This document shows positions 1 through 9,241 of a stretch of 64,000 nt of DNA, in pieces. The stretch spans positions 53,445 to 117,444 of the forward strand of contig PFCD01000001.1 in the NCBI GenBank assembly GCA_002778455.1, read 5' to 3'. The notes beneath the pieces were generated by a model. The model was not told the origin of the DNA and searched no databases. It saw nothing but the letters and a program-made list of their open reading frames with translations. The stretch's first letter is position 1; the number at the start of each line of letters is the position of its first letter. The stretch comes from Candidatus Micrarchaeota archaeon CG10_big_fil_rev_8_21_14_0_10_45_29. Lineage in GTDB: Archaea > Micrarchaeota > Micrarchaeia > Anstonellales > Anstonellaceae. Position numbers and translations under genes: made by a program.

Positions 1-1
1 T

Positions 2-451
2 GCCACCATGCACGCAGACAATGCGCAGGAGACAATAACCCGCCTCACAACTCCGCCAATAAACATACCGCGCGAGACGATAGATTCTCTTGCAGGAATT
101 GTGGTGCAATTCCGGCACAGGCGCCTTAACATCCGCCGCACACTCGAATTTGCGGAAGTGAGAAAAGGAGGGGGCTTAAACGTGCTCTCGCGCTGGGACC
201 TTAAAAAAGACAAAATAATGGATGTGGGGGAAATGGACGTTCTTGCAAGCACCCTAAACCTTTACTCAGGGCTCACAAAAAAGGAAATAGATTCTGACAT
301 TGCCGAAAAATCAGACATACTAAAATGGATGGTAAGGAAAAAATACAGGGGCGTAAATTCTGTCGGCTCAATCGTTTCCCACTATTACATGAATCCGGAA
401 GAAGTGGTTGCCGCCGCCGCAAAGGACGTTAACTGGGCTTTTGAGGCATAA
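2..451 (+). CDS. Type IV pilus/T2SS assembly ATPase (VirB11/FlaI/CpaF-like), C-terminal part; begins before the window
   Basis: Open from the window edge. ATMHADNAQETITRL..PPINIP and RR..EFAEV are the His-box and C-terminal motifs of archaeal secretion ATPases. Followed by two T2SSF genes and a pilin. Confidence 0.85.
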   Translation, partial: ATMHADNAQETITRLTTPPINIPRETIDSLAGIVVQFRHRRLNIRRTLEFAEVRKGGGLNVLSRWDLKKDKIMDVGEMDVLASTLNLYSGLTKKEIDSDIAEKSDILKWMVRKKYRGVNSVGSIVSHYYMNPEEVVAAAAKDVNWAFEA

Positions 452-456
452 TCGTT

Positions 457-3045
457 ATGGGTGATGAAGAGGGGGGCGCATTCCCTGAAATCGGGGCTAA
501 TTCAGCCGGAATAAAAAAAGGCAATCTTGATGCAAAGGCAGCCGATGCCGCGCTTGATGACAAGCGACTTGGCAGCTCTATCTCCCTTCCCCTCACCCAG
601 CTCATACGCGAGGCAAAAACAATTGAAAAAAACGCCTTCGCGCCGCAAACTCCCTCTTTTGACTTTCACGCATCCCCTTCTTTGCCGGAGCAGCCATTTG
701 AGCAAATGGAATTTAATTCCGCATTCGCAATCGCAATGCGCATGGAAGGCGCATCAAAAAAGCGCGGCTCAATAATAAGCACCGCCCCGCCCGTAAAAGA
801 GGATAGCGGAATAGAGCAGGAGCTAAAAGTTTTCGGCAAAATGCCTGCAAAAGACGCGGGCAGCGAAATAGGGATGAGCCCGCAGCAGGCATCCCAATAT
901 TCGCCGCAAAAAAAGCCGGGAATGTTTTCCTCCTTTTTGCAAAAATTCAAATTCACAAAAAAGAAAAAGCCAAACATCGCGCCTCCCCCGTTTACTCCTC
1001 TTGCGCCAGCCTCAAAAGCGCAGGCGCACGGCTCGCCACAGCAAACCTCGTGGCAGCCATCCACATCAACCCCATTATCAAAAACCCCTTCAGCCTCTTC
1101 CTCTTCCATGCAGAAAGCCGGTGAAGCTGAAAATTCGCAGCAGATGCCAAAAAAGAAATTATTCGGGCTTTTCGGGGCAAAAAAAACCCCTCCCCAAAAA
1201 CAGGCAGAGCAAAAAGATGCACCACCACCTTCCCCCAGCCCTTCTTACCCTCCCCAAATTCCCCAATATAAAAACATGGGAGAGCCTGCCGCAAAAGGGC
1301 AGCAAAGCGATTTTTCAGAGGAAAAAAACAAATCTCAGCAAGCAGGCGTGCAAGAGAAGCCAGGCTCCCCTCCGCCGCCTCCAGGCATTTATTCTGGCCC
1401 GCATTATTCCCCTTCCCCCGCGCAAATGCCGAAGCCTTCGCAAAAATTAAGAAAAGAGCTTGAGCAGATTGACCCAAAGAAAAAGGCAAAGGCATCAATT
1501 TTCGGAGGGCTTGGCACCCCTCCCAAAAGGAAGATGCCTGAAAAGAAGCAGGATGATGGGGATGATGACACTGGTGATGATGAGGGGGGAATGCGCGAAT
1601 ACGACGAATCAAATGCGGAAAAAGCGCAGAATTCAGGCTTCTCATCCCCGATAATAACCCCCAAGCCTGCAGGGCGCAAAATTTATTCTTCCCAATCAGT
1701 CTCGCAGATGGGAGCAGGCTCTTCACAGGGAGAAGATTCCTCCTTTGCAGAGGCAAGCGGCGGGCAAAAAATGCAGGGCGCAGCCATTAACAGGGAAAGC
1801 GGCTATGAAAAAGAAATCTCCCCCCCTCAAAAAAGCGCGCAAGAAAAAACCAAGCAGGATTTCGGGCTTTCCACCCTCTCAAACGCGCTAAAGGCCGCAA
1901 CAAGCCCTGCAAAAGGGAAAAGCGAAATTTCAGAGCAGCCAAAAACGCCCGCAAGCGCGCAATTAATGCAGCAAAAGAAAACTTCAAAGCCGCGCTTAAG
2001 CGGATATGGGACTCCTTCCGACTCATTTTCTCCCATAAGCGAGATTGAAACCCATTACAGCTCAAGGGAAAGCGCAGCTTCTGCTAAAAAAACGCAAACG
2101 CCTGCCTCAAGCGGCGTTCCGGCTACACCTGAGGCGCGCGAAGAGGGAATTTCCGAAAAAAATAAAGGCACATTAAAATTCTCGCAAAAAAGAAAAATTT
2201 CTCCCCTTCCAAAAAAGAAAACTTTGGAAGCCGAGCAAACGCAAGGCAAGGAAAACATTTCAGAAGCGCCCGAGCCTCCGAAGAAAAAAGCAAAAATTTC
2301 CCCGCCCGCGCAAAAGAGCCAGAAAGCAAAAATTCCCCCCCGCGCAAGCCAAAGCGCCGAAGATGATGAGGGGGGCGCCTCCTCATTGGATGAGCTTGAG
2401 CAGGCGGCAGGCGAGCTTGGGGGAGATGAGAAAAAACAAGCCGCGCCTTCCCCTCAAAAAACAAACAAGGTTTCCCCTCTTGCAAGCAGGCTTGGAATTT
2501 CCCGCACCTCGCAAAAGAAAACTCTTGCGCAGCCGCAGGAGCAAACAGCAAAAAAAGCCGTGCAACCGGGGAAGGAAAACCCCCCTTCCGCAAGAAAAAA
2601 GCCGCAGCAGGAAGATGAGGATGAAGATGAAGGGGATGGCGAAGGCGGAGGGGCTTCCGCCCCCGCAAGAAAAAAAACACTGCGCCCAGCGCAGCAGGAA
2701 GATGAGGATGAAGATGAAGGCGGCGGAGAAGGCGCGCATGCTGTAAGCTCGCGCATCTCGCAAAAGGCGGACGACATCCTCTCTGCCCCGAAAAAAGAAA
2801 AAGAAAAAGAGTCTGCTTCAAAAAACGACGACATCCTCTTTGCATACGCAAAAGAGAGGCACAAATGGATTTATGAAATTTACAAGATGGGCGGGATGAC
2901 TTTGGAGGAATTCCGCTCAAAAATGAATGAGAAAATGTCTCAGGATGAGAGCGGCTCAAAAGGCGATAATGAGAGGGAAGATGAAAAAGACAACTCTGCT
3001 TTTTCAAATCTTGACGCTGCCGCAAACAAGAAGTTTAAAAAATGA
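457..3045 (+). CDS. Large low-complexity (P/K/S/Q/E-rich), probably disordered protein with a short folded C-terminal segment
   Basis: 862-aa ORF filling the gap between the ATPase and platform genes with 5-20 bp spacers. Contains Pro and acidic tracts and the C-terminal segment DDILFAYAKERHKWIYEIYKMGGM. Confidence 0.8.
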   Translation: MGDEEGGAFPEIGANSAGIKKGNLDAKAADAALDDKRLGSSISLPLTQLIREAKTIEKNAFAPQTPSFDFHASPSLPEQPFEQMEFNSAFAIAMRMEGASKKRGSIISTAPPVKEDSGIEQELKVFGKMPAKDAGSEIGMSPQQASQYSPQKKPGMFSSFLQKFKFTKKKKPNIAPPPFTPLAPASKAQAHGSPQQTSWQPSTSTPLSKTPSASSSSMQKAGEAENSQQMPKKKLFGLFGAKKTPPQKQAEQKDAPPPSPSPSYPPQIPQYKNMGEPAAKGQQSDFSEEKNKSQQAGVQEKPGSPPPPPGIYSGPHYSPSPAQMPKPSQKLRKELEQIDPKKKAKASIFGGLGTPPKRKMPEKKQDDGDDDTGDDEGGMREYDESNAEKAQNSGFSSPIITPKPAGRKIYSSQSVSQMGAGSSQGEDSSFAEASGGQKMQGAAINRESGYEKEISPPQKSAQEKTKQDFGLSTLSNALKAATSPAKGKSEISEQPKTPASAQLMQQKKTSKPRLSGYGTPSDSFSPISEIETHYSSRESAASAKKTQTPASSGVPATPEAREEGISEKNKGTLKFSQKRKISPLPKKKTLEAEQTQGKENISEAPEPPKKKAKISPPAQKSQKAKIPPRASQSAEDDEGGASSLDELEQAAGELGGDEKKQAAPSPQKTNKVSPLASRLGISRTSQKKTLAQPQEQTAKKAVQPGKENPPSARKKPQQEDEDEDEGDGEGGGASAPARKKTLRPAQQEDEDEDEGGGEGAHAVSSRISQKADDILSAPKKEKEKESASKNDDILFAYAKERHKWIYEIYKMGGMTLEEFRSKMNEKMSQDESGSKGDNEREDEKDNSAFSNLDAAANKKFKK
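2603..2720 (+). repeat. Intragenic 31-bp direct repeat encoding QQEDEDEDEG
   Basis: cgcagcaggaagatgaggatgaagatgaagg at 2603-2633 and 2690-2720. Confidence 0.9.
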
Positions 3046-3065
3046 TAAAGGGCTGGTAGAAGGGT

Positions 3066-3995
3066 ATGAAGATGCGAAAAAAAACACAAAAGCAAAAAGA
3101 CGAGGCGCCTGCCCCGTATGTGAGCACGCCGCTAAGGCATTCTTTTTCCGATTCCTCCCCGTTTGCAAACCTTTTCAAGTCAATAGCCTCGCGCCTTCCT
3201 TCCCTGCAGCGCAACCTTGACATGGCGGAAATGGACGCGCATGCGCCAGAGTTTGTAAAAAAGAGCCTCATAAGCGCCCTCTTTTTCACAATAGTGCTTG
3301 AGGCGATAATTCTCTGGGCAGCCATATCTGCCGGAACAAGCGCCCTTTTGCTAATAGGCGCCGCCCTTCTCACAACCGTTGTTATATTTTTGACAATGTT
3401 TAACATGGGCATAAACCAGCCCAAGCTCAAAATAATAAGGCGCGGAAAAGAAATAGACAAGGAAATAGTTTTTTGCGGCCGCCATCTTCTAATAGAATTG
3501 CGCTCGGGGGTAACCCTATTTGACGCCATGCTCGGAGTGTCCGAGGATTACGGGGAGGTAAGCAAGGAATTTAACAAGATAGTTGAAAAAATAACGCTGG
3601 GGGTTCCCTCCTCCGTCGCGTTGCATGATGTCGCCTCCCAGTCTCCCTCCTCCTATTTCAAGCGCGTTGTATTGCAGATAGCAAACTCCATAGCATCCGG
3701 CTCGGACATAGGGGACTCTTTGGAGGCGGTCCTTAACCAGGTTGCAAAAGAGCAGATAATACAGCTAAAGGAATATGGGCAAAAGCTAAACCCGCTTGTT
3801 ATGTTTTACATGCTTTTTGGAATAATTATTCCCTCAATAGGAGTCGCCTTCATGATAATAGTTTTCTCTGTAGTGGGCGCCGGCTTTGAGGCAATCGGAA
3901 CAACTCTTATTGCAGGCGTATTCGCCCTTGTGGCAATAATGCAGTTTCTTTTCCTTACTGTGGCTGAAAACGCAAGGCCCAACTTTGACTTATAG
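3066..3995 (+). CDS. Type II secretion system F family membrane platform protein (TadB/C, FlaJ-like)
   Basis: TM pairs flanking a cytoplasmic domain (ELRSGVTLFDAM..YGEVSKEFNKIVEKITLG..ALH), in pilus locus context. Confidence 0.85.
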   Translation: MKMRKKTQKQKDEAPAPYVSTPLRHSFSDSSPFANLFKSIASRLPSLQRNLDMAEMDAHAPEFVKKSLISALFFTIVLEAIILWAAISAGTSALLLIGAALLTTVVIFLTMFNMGINQPKLKIIRRGKEIDKEIVFCGRHLLIELRSGVTLFDAMLGVSEDYGEVSKEFNKIVEKITLGVPSSVALHDVASQSPSSYFKRVVLQIANSIASGSDIGDSLEAVLNQVAKEQIIQLKEYGQKLNPLVMFYMLFGIIIPSIGVAFMIIVFSVVGAGFEAIGTTLIAGVFALVAIMQFLFLTVAENARPNFDL

Positions 3996-4003
3996 GTGCG
4001 ATT

Positions 4004-5074
4004 ATGGCAAACTCATCATACGAAATAATAGGGCGCGGCTTTGGAAGGGAGAAAATAAAGGCTTTCGGAATCTTCCTAAAAAGCGGGGGCTTTAAGGTTG
4101 CCCCTGAAAAATTTGCAGGGCTTTACATTGTGCTCGGCTTTCTTGCCGCACTGCTTGCATCTATTCTTTTCCTTACGCTTGATTCGCTTCGCGCATATAT
4201 ATTCAAGCTGGCGCTCTTTACCATGCGCCCGCTGGCAGTGGATTTCTCATTCACCGTGCCTGCCCTTACCCTAATCTTATGCTTTGCAGGGGTATTCACC
4301 TTTTTCGCCCTTCTCATATATGTGGTGGTAATACTTTCCGCAGATTCTAGGCGCAACAAGGTGGAGGCGGTATTGCCTGACTTTCTTATTTTGGCAGCCG
4401 CCAACTCACGCGCAGGCATGACGGTCGACCAGGCGCTCTGGCATGCGGCAAAGCCAGAATTCGGGCTTCTCTCCGATGAGGTGCAAATAGTTGCAAAAAG
4501 GGCATTCGGAGGAGTCCCATTCGGCGAGGCGATAGACCATCTTGCATACAGCTTTAATTCCAAAATAATAAGGCGCACAGTATCCCTCATAAAACAGGGG
4601 CTTGCCTCAGGCAGCCAAATAGCCGTAATACTTGACCGCACAGCCGCAGACGCGCGCGACATGCAGATAATAAGGCGCGACATTGCCGCCTCCCTCCTTA
4701 TGTATGTAATTTTCATAGTATTTGCAGCCGCAATAGGCACTCCTTTCCTTTTTGCAGTTGCGGCAAAGCTTGTTGCTTTGATGGAAAACGTTTTTGCAGA
4801 CATCCCTACTGCGGATGAGCTCTCCTCATTCGGCGGCTCCACATTTATCCAGCCCCAGCCGCCAATAGTTACAAGCGAGCAATTTTTCATATTCGTGCTT
4901 CTCTCACTTGTGCTCACATCCATTACCGCCTCTCTTCTCATAGGCGTAATACAAAAAGGCAAATCCCGCGAAGGGGTAAAATATTTGCCATTTATACTGG
5001 TGGTGGGGCTTGTGCTTTTCTTTGTGGTAACCGAGCTTGTCACCTCCGTAATGGCAGGGCTTGGCGCGGGGTAG
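4004..5074 (+). CDS. Type II secretion system F family membrane platform protein
   Basis: LPDFL..AANSRAGMTV.QAL..A.PEFGLLS.E and GLASG..IA.IL T2SSF signatures; multiple TM helices. Confidence 0.88.
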   Translation: MANSSYEIIGRGFGREKIKAFGIFLKSGGFKVAPEKFAGLYIVLGFLAALLASILFLTLDSLRAYIFKLALFTMRPLAVDFSFTVPALTLILCFAGVFTFFALLIYVVVILSADSRRNKVEAVLPDFLILAAANSRAGMTVDQALWHAAKPEFGLLSDEVQIVAKRAFGGVPFGEAIDHLAYSFNSKIIRRTVSLIKQGLASGSQIAVILDRTAADARDMQIIRRDIAASLLMYVIFIVFAAAIGTPFLFAVAAKLVALMENVFADIPTADELSSFGGSTFIQPQPPIVTSEQFFIFVLLSLVLTSITASLLIGVIQKGKSREGVKYLPFILVVGLVLFFVVTELVTSVMAGLGAG

Positions 5075-5081
5075 GCATATG

Positions 5082-5125
5082 TTTTTATACTTCGGCTCGT
5101 TTAACGGGGTTAATATATTGAGGTG
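5082..5125 (+). promoter_or_regulatory. Putative TATA box and Shine-Dalgarno of the pilin gene
   Basis: TTTTTATA at 5082-5089 and GAGGTG at 5120-5125, before ATG 5128. Confidence 0.5.
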
Positions 5126-5127
5126 GT

Positions 5128-5652
5128 ATGGTGTTTAATTCTCTAAAAGGCCAATCAGCCATGGAATATTTGATGACTTATGGCTGGGCTTTGCTTGTAA
5201 TTGCAATTGTTGTAGCAGTATTGTGGGTAATCTGGCCCGGCGGGGCAATCGACTCCTGCCTTTTCCAGGACCCCGGCTTCACATGCGAGGGGCACAGGAT
5301 AACAAGCGGCGACATTCTTTATGCAAAAATAACTAACGGCAACCACAAGACAATAAAGAATGTGCAGGTTGCATGCATAAAGGGAAGCGCAAGGCCTGAC
5401 AAAACAAGGTATGTCCCGCTTGCAAGCACCACTCTTCCAAACGGAGAATCCTTTAACACTGGCACAGGGGTAGGAACAACAGACGGCGCAATAAAATGCG
5501 TTAATTCTGACGGCACTTCTCTTGATTTGCAGCTTGGAGAGAGCTTCAACGGCAGGCTTTACATAATGTTCAACTATGCCGACGATGACTCTGACATCCC
5601 AGGAAAAGTGGCTGTTGCAAACGTGCTTGGCACAGTGCAGGAAGGCAAGTAA
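5128..5652 (+). CDS. Archaeal type IV pilin-like protein with class III signal peptide
   Basis: N-terminus LKG/QSAMEYLMTYGWALLVIAIVVAVLW: basic residue plus G cleavage site, E at +5, hydrophobic helix. Confidence 0.92.
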   Translation: MVFNSLKGQSAMEYLMTYGWALLVIAIVVAVLWVIWPGGAIDSCLFQDPGFTCEGHRITSGDILYAKITNGNHKTIKNVQVACIKGSARPDKTRYVPLASTTLPNGESFNTGTGVGTTDGAIKCVNSDGTSLDLQLGESFNGRLYIMFNYADDDSDIPGKVAVANVLGTVQEGK

Positions 5653-5790
5653 TTTTTTTCTTTTAATTCTTTTTTTCTTTTGTTTTTTCAGTTACCTTAG
5701 CTTTTTTATTTTATTTCTTTTTTCCAGTTACTTTTCTTTGTTTATTCTTCTTCCCCTAATTTTTTCTCTTTCTACTTTTATTTCAAAACA
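5653..5790 (+). terminator. Long T-rich tract after the pilin gene (archaeal oligo-T terminator region between convergent genes)
   Basis: Repeated runs of up to 7 T immediately after the stop codon. Confidence 0.5.
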
Positions 5791-5828
5791 AGCTTTCTCT
5801 GCCTAGGCTCATCATTTTGCCAAATTAT

Positions 5829-7382
5829 TTATTTTCCTTTTTTCACTTCCTTATAAGTCCTATACTTTCTTATACCCCGCCTCCCATGCCTTCTCTCAAG
5901 CGTGGCGCCTATGAGCAGCACCACCATTATGGAGAGAAGCGTAATTATCATTGTGGGGTTATACCTATAAACAGGAAAAGTGGTTGAGAGCGCCTCAAAC
6001 CCGTCCATTATTGCCGTAATATTAAATATCGAATGAAGCACTATTGCGGTGGCAACCCCTGGGACAAATATTACCGCAGACAATTTGCCCCAGCTGTGAT
6101 GCTCTTTTGCCCACCCCAGCGTCGCTCCCAGCGTTCCGCTAAAGCATGCGTGCGCAATTGAATTGAAAAAGCTTCTATAAATTATTATCCCTGCCCATGC
6201 CCCAATTCCCATTTGCAAAGGGTCTGTTTTTGAGGCAAAATAAAGCCAATTCTCAACAAAGGCAAACCCAAGCCCTGTGGCAAGCCCCAAATGAAGCCCG
6301 TGCAAAGTATCGCAATATTCATGGTGGGTTGAGAGCCCAAGAAGCCCCAGCCCTTTTAGCACCTCTTCAATAACCGGCGCAATTACAGCCGTTGTAAGAA
6401 GTATTGCCCCCGCGCTTCCAAGCCCGAAAAATTCGCTTAGCGCCTGCGCCTGATATGAATTTATAATAAGGGACGCAACTGCGGCGCTTATGCCCCACAC
6501 AAATGCGCCCCCCAAAAACCGCAAAGGCATCTTCTCCACAAGCTCATTATATATCCAAATGAGGGCAAAATACACCACAGGCATGAAAAGCGCGCCCAAA
6601 AACGTCAGCGCCATTATCGCAACATTCTCACCTTGGGCGGATTTTGCTATTATTGCCGCTATTATGATAAGAAGCAAAACCTCAAGCGCCCAAAAAAGAG
6701 GATTTATCAAAACCCCCGCGATTATCTGCCCTATATCTTTTCCCTTAATAACCGGCAAAAAGAAAGTTTTCATAGTATATTCTTTTTTGTATTTTGAGTT
6801 CGCCTTGCTCCTATATGCCCATTCCGAGAGTACAAGAAGCAAAAATATGATAAAGCCTGCCAAAGCAGGTATGATTACCTGCGCCCCTTCAAACAAAATC
6901 CTATTTTGCTCCTTCTCATACTCGCCCCAATTTTCATCAACATCAAAATATTGCCCAAGCGGCACCGCTCCCCCGGTGGCAACAACCGCGTATTGGGTGG
7001 AAGAGCGGCTTTTTCCAGCATAGCTTGCCTCAAAATAAACAATATATTTCTCGCTTCCCCCCGGCTGCACAAGCCCGAGCACTTTTTGCGCCCTCCACTC
7101 TCCGTCATCCTCTTTTTTAAGCAAATAAACTATCAAGTCATTATCATAATAATTTGAAACCCATATGCGCGCAGTTATTTTCGTGGGGGTGTAATTAAGC
7201 GCATTTTGCTCCACTTCAATATTTGCAGGCAATCCGTATGCAAAATCCTCCAAATTTGTAATATTTGCAGCATGCGCAACACTCACCGCCTGCAAAAAAA
7301 GAAAGATAAAAAATAAGGCTGGCAGAAGCGGCGCGCCAGAGCGCCCATTCTTCCCACTTTTCAAAAGCATAATTTCCCTCAT
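5829..7382 (-). CDS. PrsW-family intramembrane metalloprotease with N-terminal extracellular domain
   Basis: APVIEEVLK, GLGFAFVEN, HACFSG and LHSIFN motifs; many TM helices. Start taken at ATG 7382, which overlaps the upstream stop (ATGA). Confidence 0.88.
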   Translation of the reverse strand: MREIMLLKSGKNGRSGAPLLPALFFIFLFLQAVSVAHAANITNLEDFAYGLPANIEVEQNALNYTPTKITARIWVSNYYDNDLIVYLLKKEDDGEWRAQKVLGLVQPGGSEKYIVYFEASYAGKSRSSTQYAVVATGGAVPLGQYFDVDENWGEYEKEQNRILFEGAQVIIPALAGFIIFLLLVLSEWAYRSKANSKYKKEYTMKTFFLPVIKGKDIGQIIAGVLINPLFWALEVLLLIIIAAIIAKSAQGENVAIMALTFLGALFMPVVYFALIWIYNELVEKMPLRFLGGAFVWGISAAVASLIINSYQAQALSEFFGLGSAGAILLTTAVIAPVIEEVLKGLGLLGLSTHHEYCDTLHGLHLGLATGLGFAFVENWLYFASKTDPLQMGIGAWAGIIIYRSFFNSIAHACFSGTLGATLGWAKEHHSWGKLSAVIFVPGVATAIVLHSIFNITAIMDGFEALSTTFPVYRYNPTMIITLLSIMVVLLIGATLERRHGRRGIRKYRTYKEVKKGK

Positions 7383-9073
7383 ACGGGAATAAGCCCCCTT
7401 ACCAAAAGCATTGCAAGCCCGGCATATTTCAAGAAATATACTATCCCCTTGTCCCACCACTCATTTTTTCTTTTGATTACTTTTATAAGCGGCTTGAAAG
7501 CATCTCTTTCCGCAACTCCTAATTTGCTGTCGCTGATTTTTGTGTGCTCTTTGCCGTCCACTACTGATTTTTCCTCAATTTTGCCAATCTGCTTGTTTGC
7601 CTGCGCATACCAGGGGGGCAAAGTGGACTGCTTTTTCATAATTGCATTAAAGTAATCCATTGCTGTAATTTTTCTCTGCTTTCCGGTTTTAAACGCAATT
7701 CTCCAGGGAATTGCAGCCGCCTCTTCTGTAAGCGCTTTTAGGTCTGCCGCGGCATACCCCAAAGTGGCAAAAGCCATAAAGCTCCATGGCATCACGCCTG
7801 CCAAAGGAAGTTTTTTTGCATGCAGCTTAAGTATCTCTTTTCTTGAGGTAAAATCCGGCTCGGGAATATAAATGGTTTTTCCAAACCTTCCCGAGCGGCG
7901 CAAAGCAGGGTCAACATCCCACGGAGCGTTTGTGGCTCCGATAACAAGCACATTGGCGTTGTCTGCCTCCATTCCGTCCATCTCGTATAAAAGCTGGTTT
8001 ACCGCCATTTTCATATACTGCGCCGAGCCGCTCATCTCCTCACGCCTTCCCCCCAGCGCCTCAACTTCGTCAAAGAAAATAATGCATGGCGCGTTTTTTC
8101 TCCCAGTCTCAAAAATATTGTGCAAATTTTTCTCAGTCTGCCCAACATACATGTCAACAATGTCCGAGACTTTTGCGTTAATAAAAGCCGACGAGCACTC
8201 CCCCGCCGTCGCCTTTACAATAAATGTTTTTCCGCATCCTGGGGGGCCGTAAAGCAATATTCCCCCTCCTCCCATCTTGCCGTATTTTCTTGCCAGCTCC
8301 GGCTGCACAAGCGGATAAACCGCAGCTTCATTAATTTCCTCTTTCATTTTTCTCATGCCTGCAACATCCTTGAAATTCATTTTCGGCTTTGAGAGTAATT
8401 TCACGGGGTTTATTCCCTGTGGCTGCTGCCCCGGCGCACCGCCTGCGGGGTTTTCAGGCCCGCCCGGCGCCCCCGGAGCCGGCCCTCCTGCGCTTTGCTT
8501 TGCTTTTGCAATTTCAAGATGGTTTTTCGCCTCGTCAAAGCCGGGATTCAGCTCTATCGCCTTCTCATAATCCTTTATCGCATCATCAAGCTTATTCTGG
8601 TAATCAAAGGCAAGCCCGCGAATATGGTATGCTTCTGAAAAAGAGGGATTTATTTCCACTACCTGGGTAAAATCCTCAACCGCCTTCTCATATTCCTGCT
8701 GGCAGGCGTATGCAAGCCCCCTGTTGTAAAATGCTTTCAAATATTTCTTATTTAGCGAGAGCGCCTTGTCATAATCTGATATGGCGTTTGCAAAATCCTG
8801 CTTTCTGTAATACGCATCTCCCCTGTTATTGTAAATTACGGGGTTTTTCGGGTCCAATTCCGCGGACTTTGAATAATCGTCTATGCTTTTGTCAAATCTT
8901 TTTAAATTATAATAGCAAAGCCCCCTGTTGAAATAGCTTTCGCTAAAAGTGGGGTTAAGTATAATAGCCATATTATAATTTTCAATCGCCTTATCATACT
9001 CCCCTTTCTCAAAAAGCTGGTTGCCTTTATGGTAATACGTCCTTGCGTCTGTAGGGTTCGGCTTATCTACCAT
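7379..9073 (-). CDS. TPR-repeat AAA+ ATPase (single AAA module)
   Basis: About five TPRs (YFNRG/YNNRG/FYNRG/YHIRG), G/P linker, Walker A GPPGCGKT, Walker B IIFFDE, SRH GATNAPWDVDPALRRSGRF. Confidence 0.92.
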   Translation of the reverse strand: MVDKPNPTDARTYYHKGNQLFEKGEYDKAIENYNMAIILNPTFSESYFNRGLCYYNLKRFDKSIDDYSKSAELDPKNPVIYNNRGDAYYRKQDFANAISDYDKALSLNKKYLKAFYNRGLAYACQQEYEKAVEDFTQVVEINPSFSEAYHIRGLAFDYQNKLDDAIKDYEKAIELNPGFDEAKNHLEIAKAKQSAGGPAPGAPGGPENPAGGAPGQQPQGINPVKLLSKPKMNFKDVAGMRKMKEEINEAAVYPLVQPELARKYGKMGGGGILLYGPPGCGKTFIVKATAGECSSAFINAKVSDIVDMYVGQTEKNLHNIFETGRKNAPCIIFFDEVEALGGRREEMSGSAQYMKMAVNQLLYEMDGMEADNANVLVIGATNAPWDVDPALRRSGRFGKTIYIPEPDFTSRKEILKLHAKKLPLAGVMPWSFMAFATLGYAAADLKALTEEAAAIPWRIAFKTGKQRKITAMDYFNAIMKKQSTLPPWYAQANKQIGKIEEKSVVDGKEHTKISDSKLGVAERDAFKPLIKVIKRKNEWWDKGIVYFLKYAGLAMLLVRGLIPV

Positions 9074-9241
9074 AGAATATCACTTAATTTATTACTCCTC
9101 TATCCTCTGAGCATTTAAAAATCTAATCAGTAACCCCCTCGCGGGCTATTCTTATTATAGATATGTCTCATAATAAGCTTAACTCAAAGAAAAAGGGGCG
9201 TTCACCCCAAAGAATTAACTTAATTTCCCTTGTTGATGCAT

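Noticed and set aside
502-3025. Many long overlapping ORFs on other frames of the low-complexity gene (also 4123-5043 and similar antisense ORFs elsewhere)
   Set aside because: Shadow ORFs caused by biased composition; no motifs, and they lie over better-supported genes.
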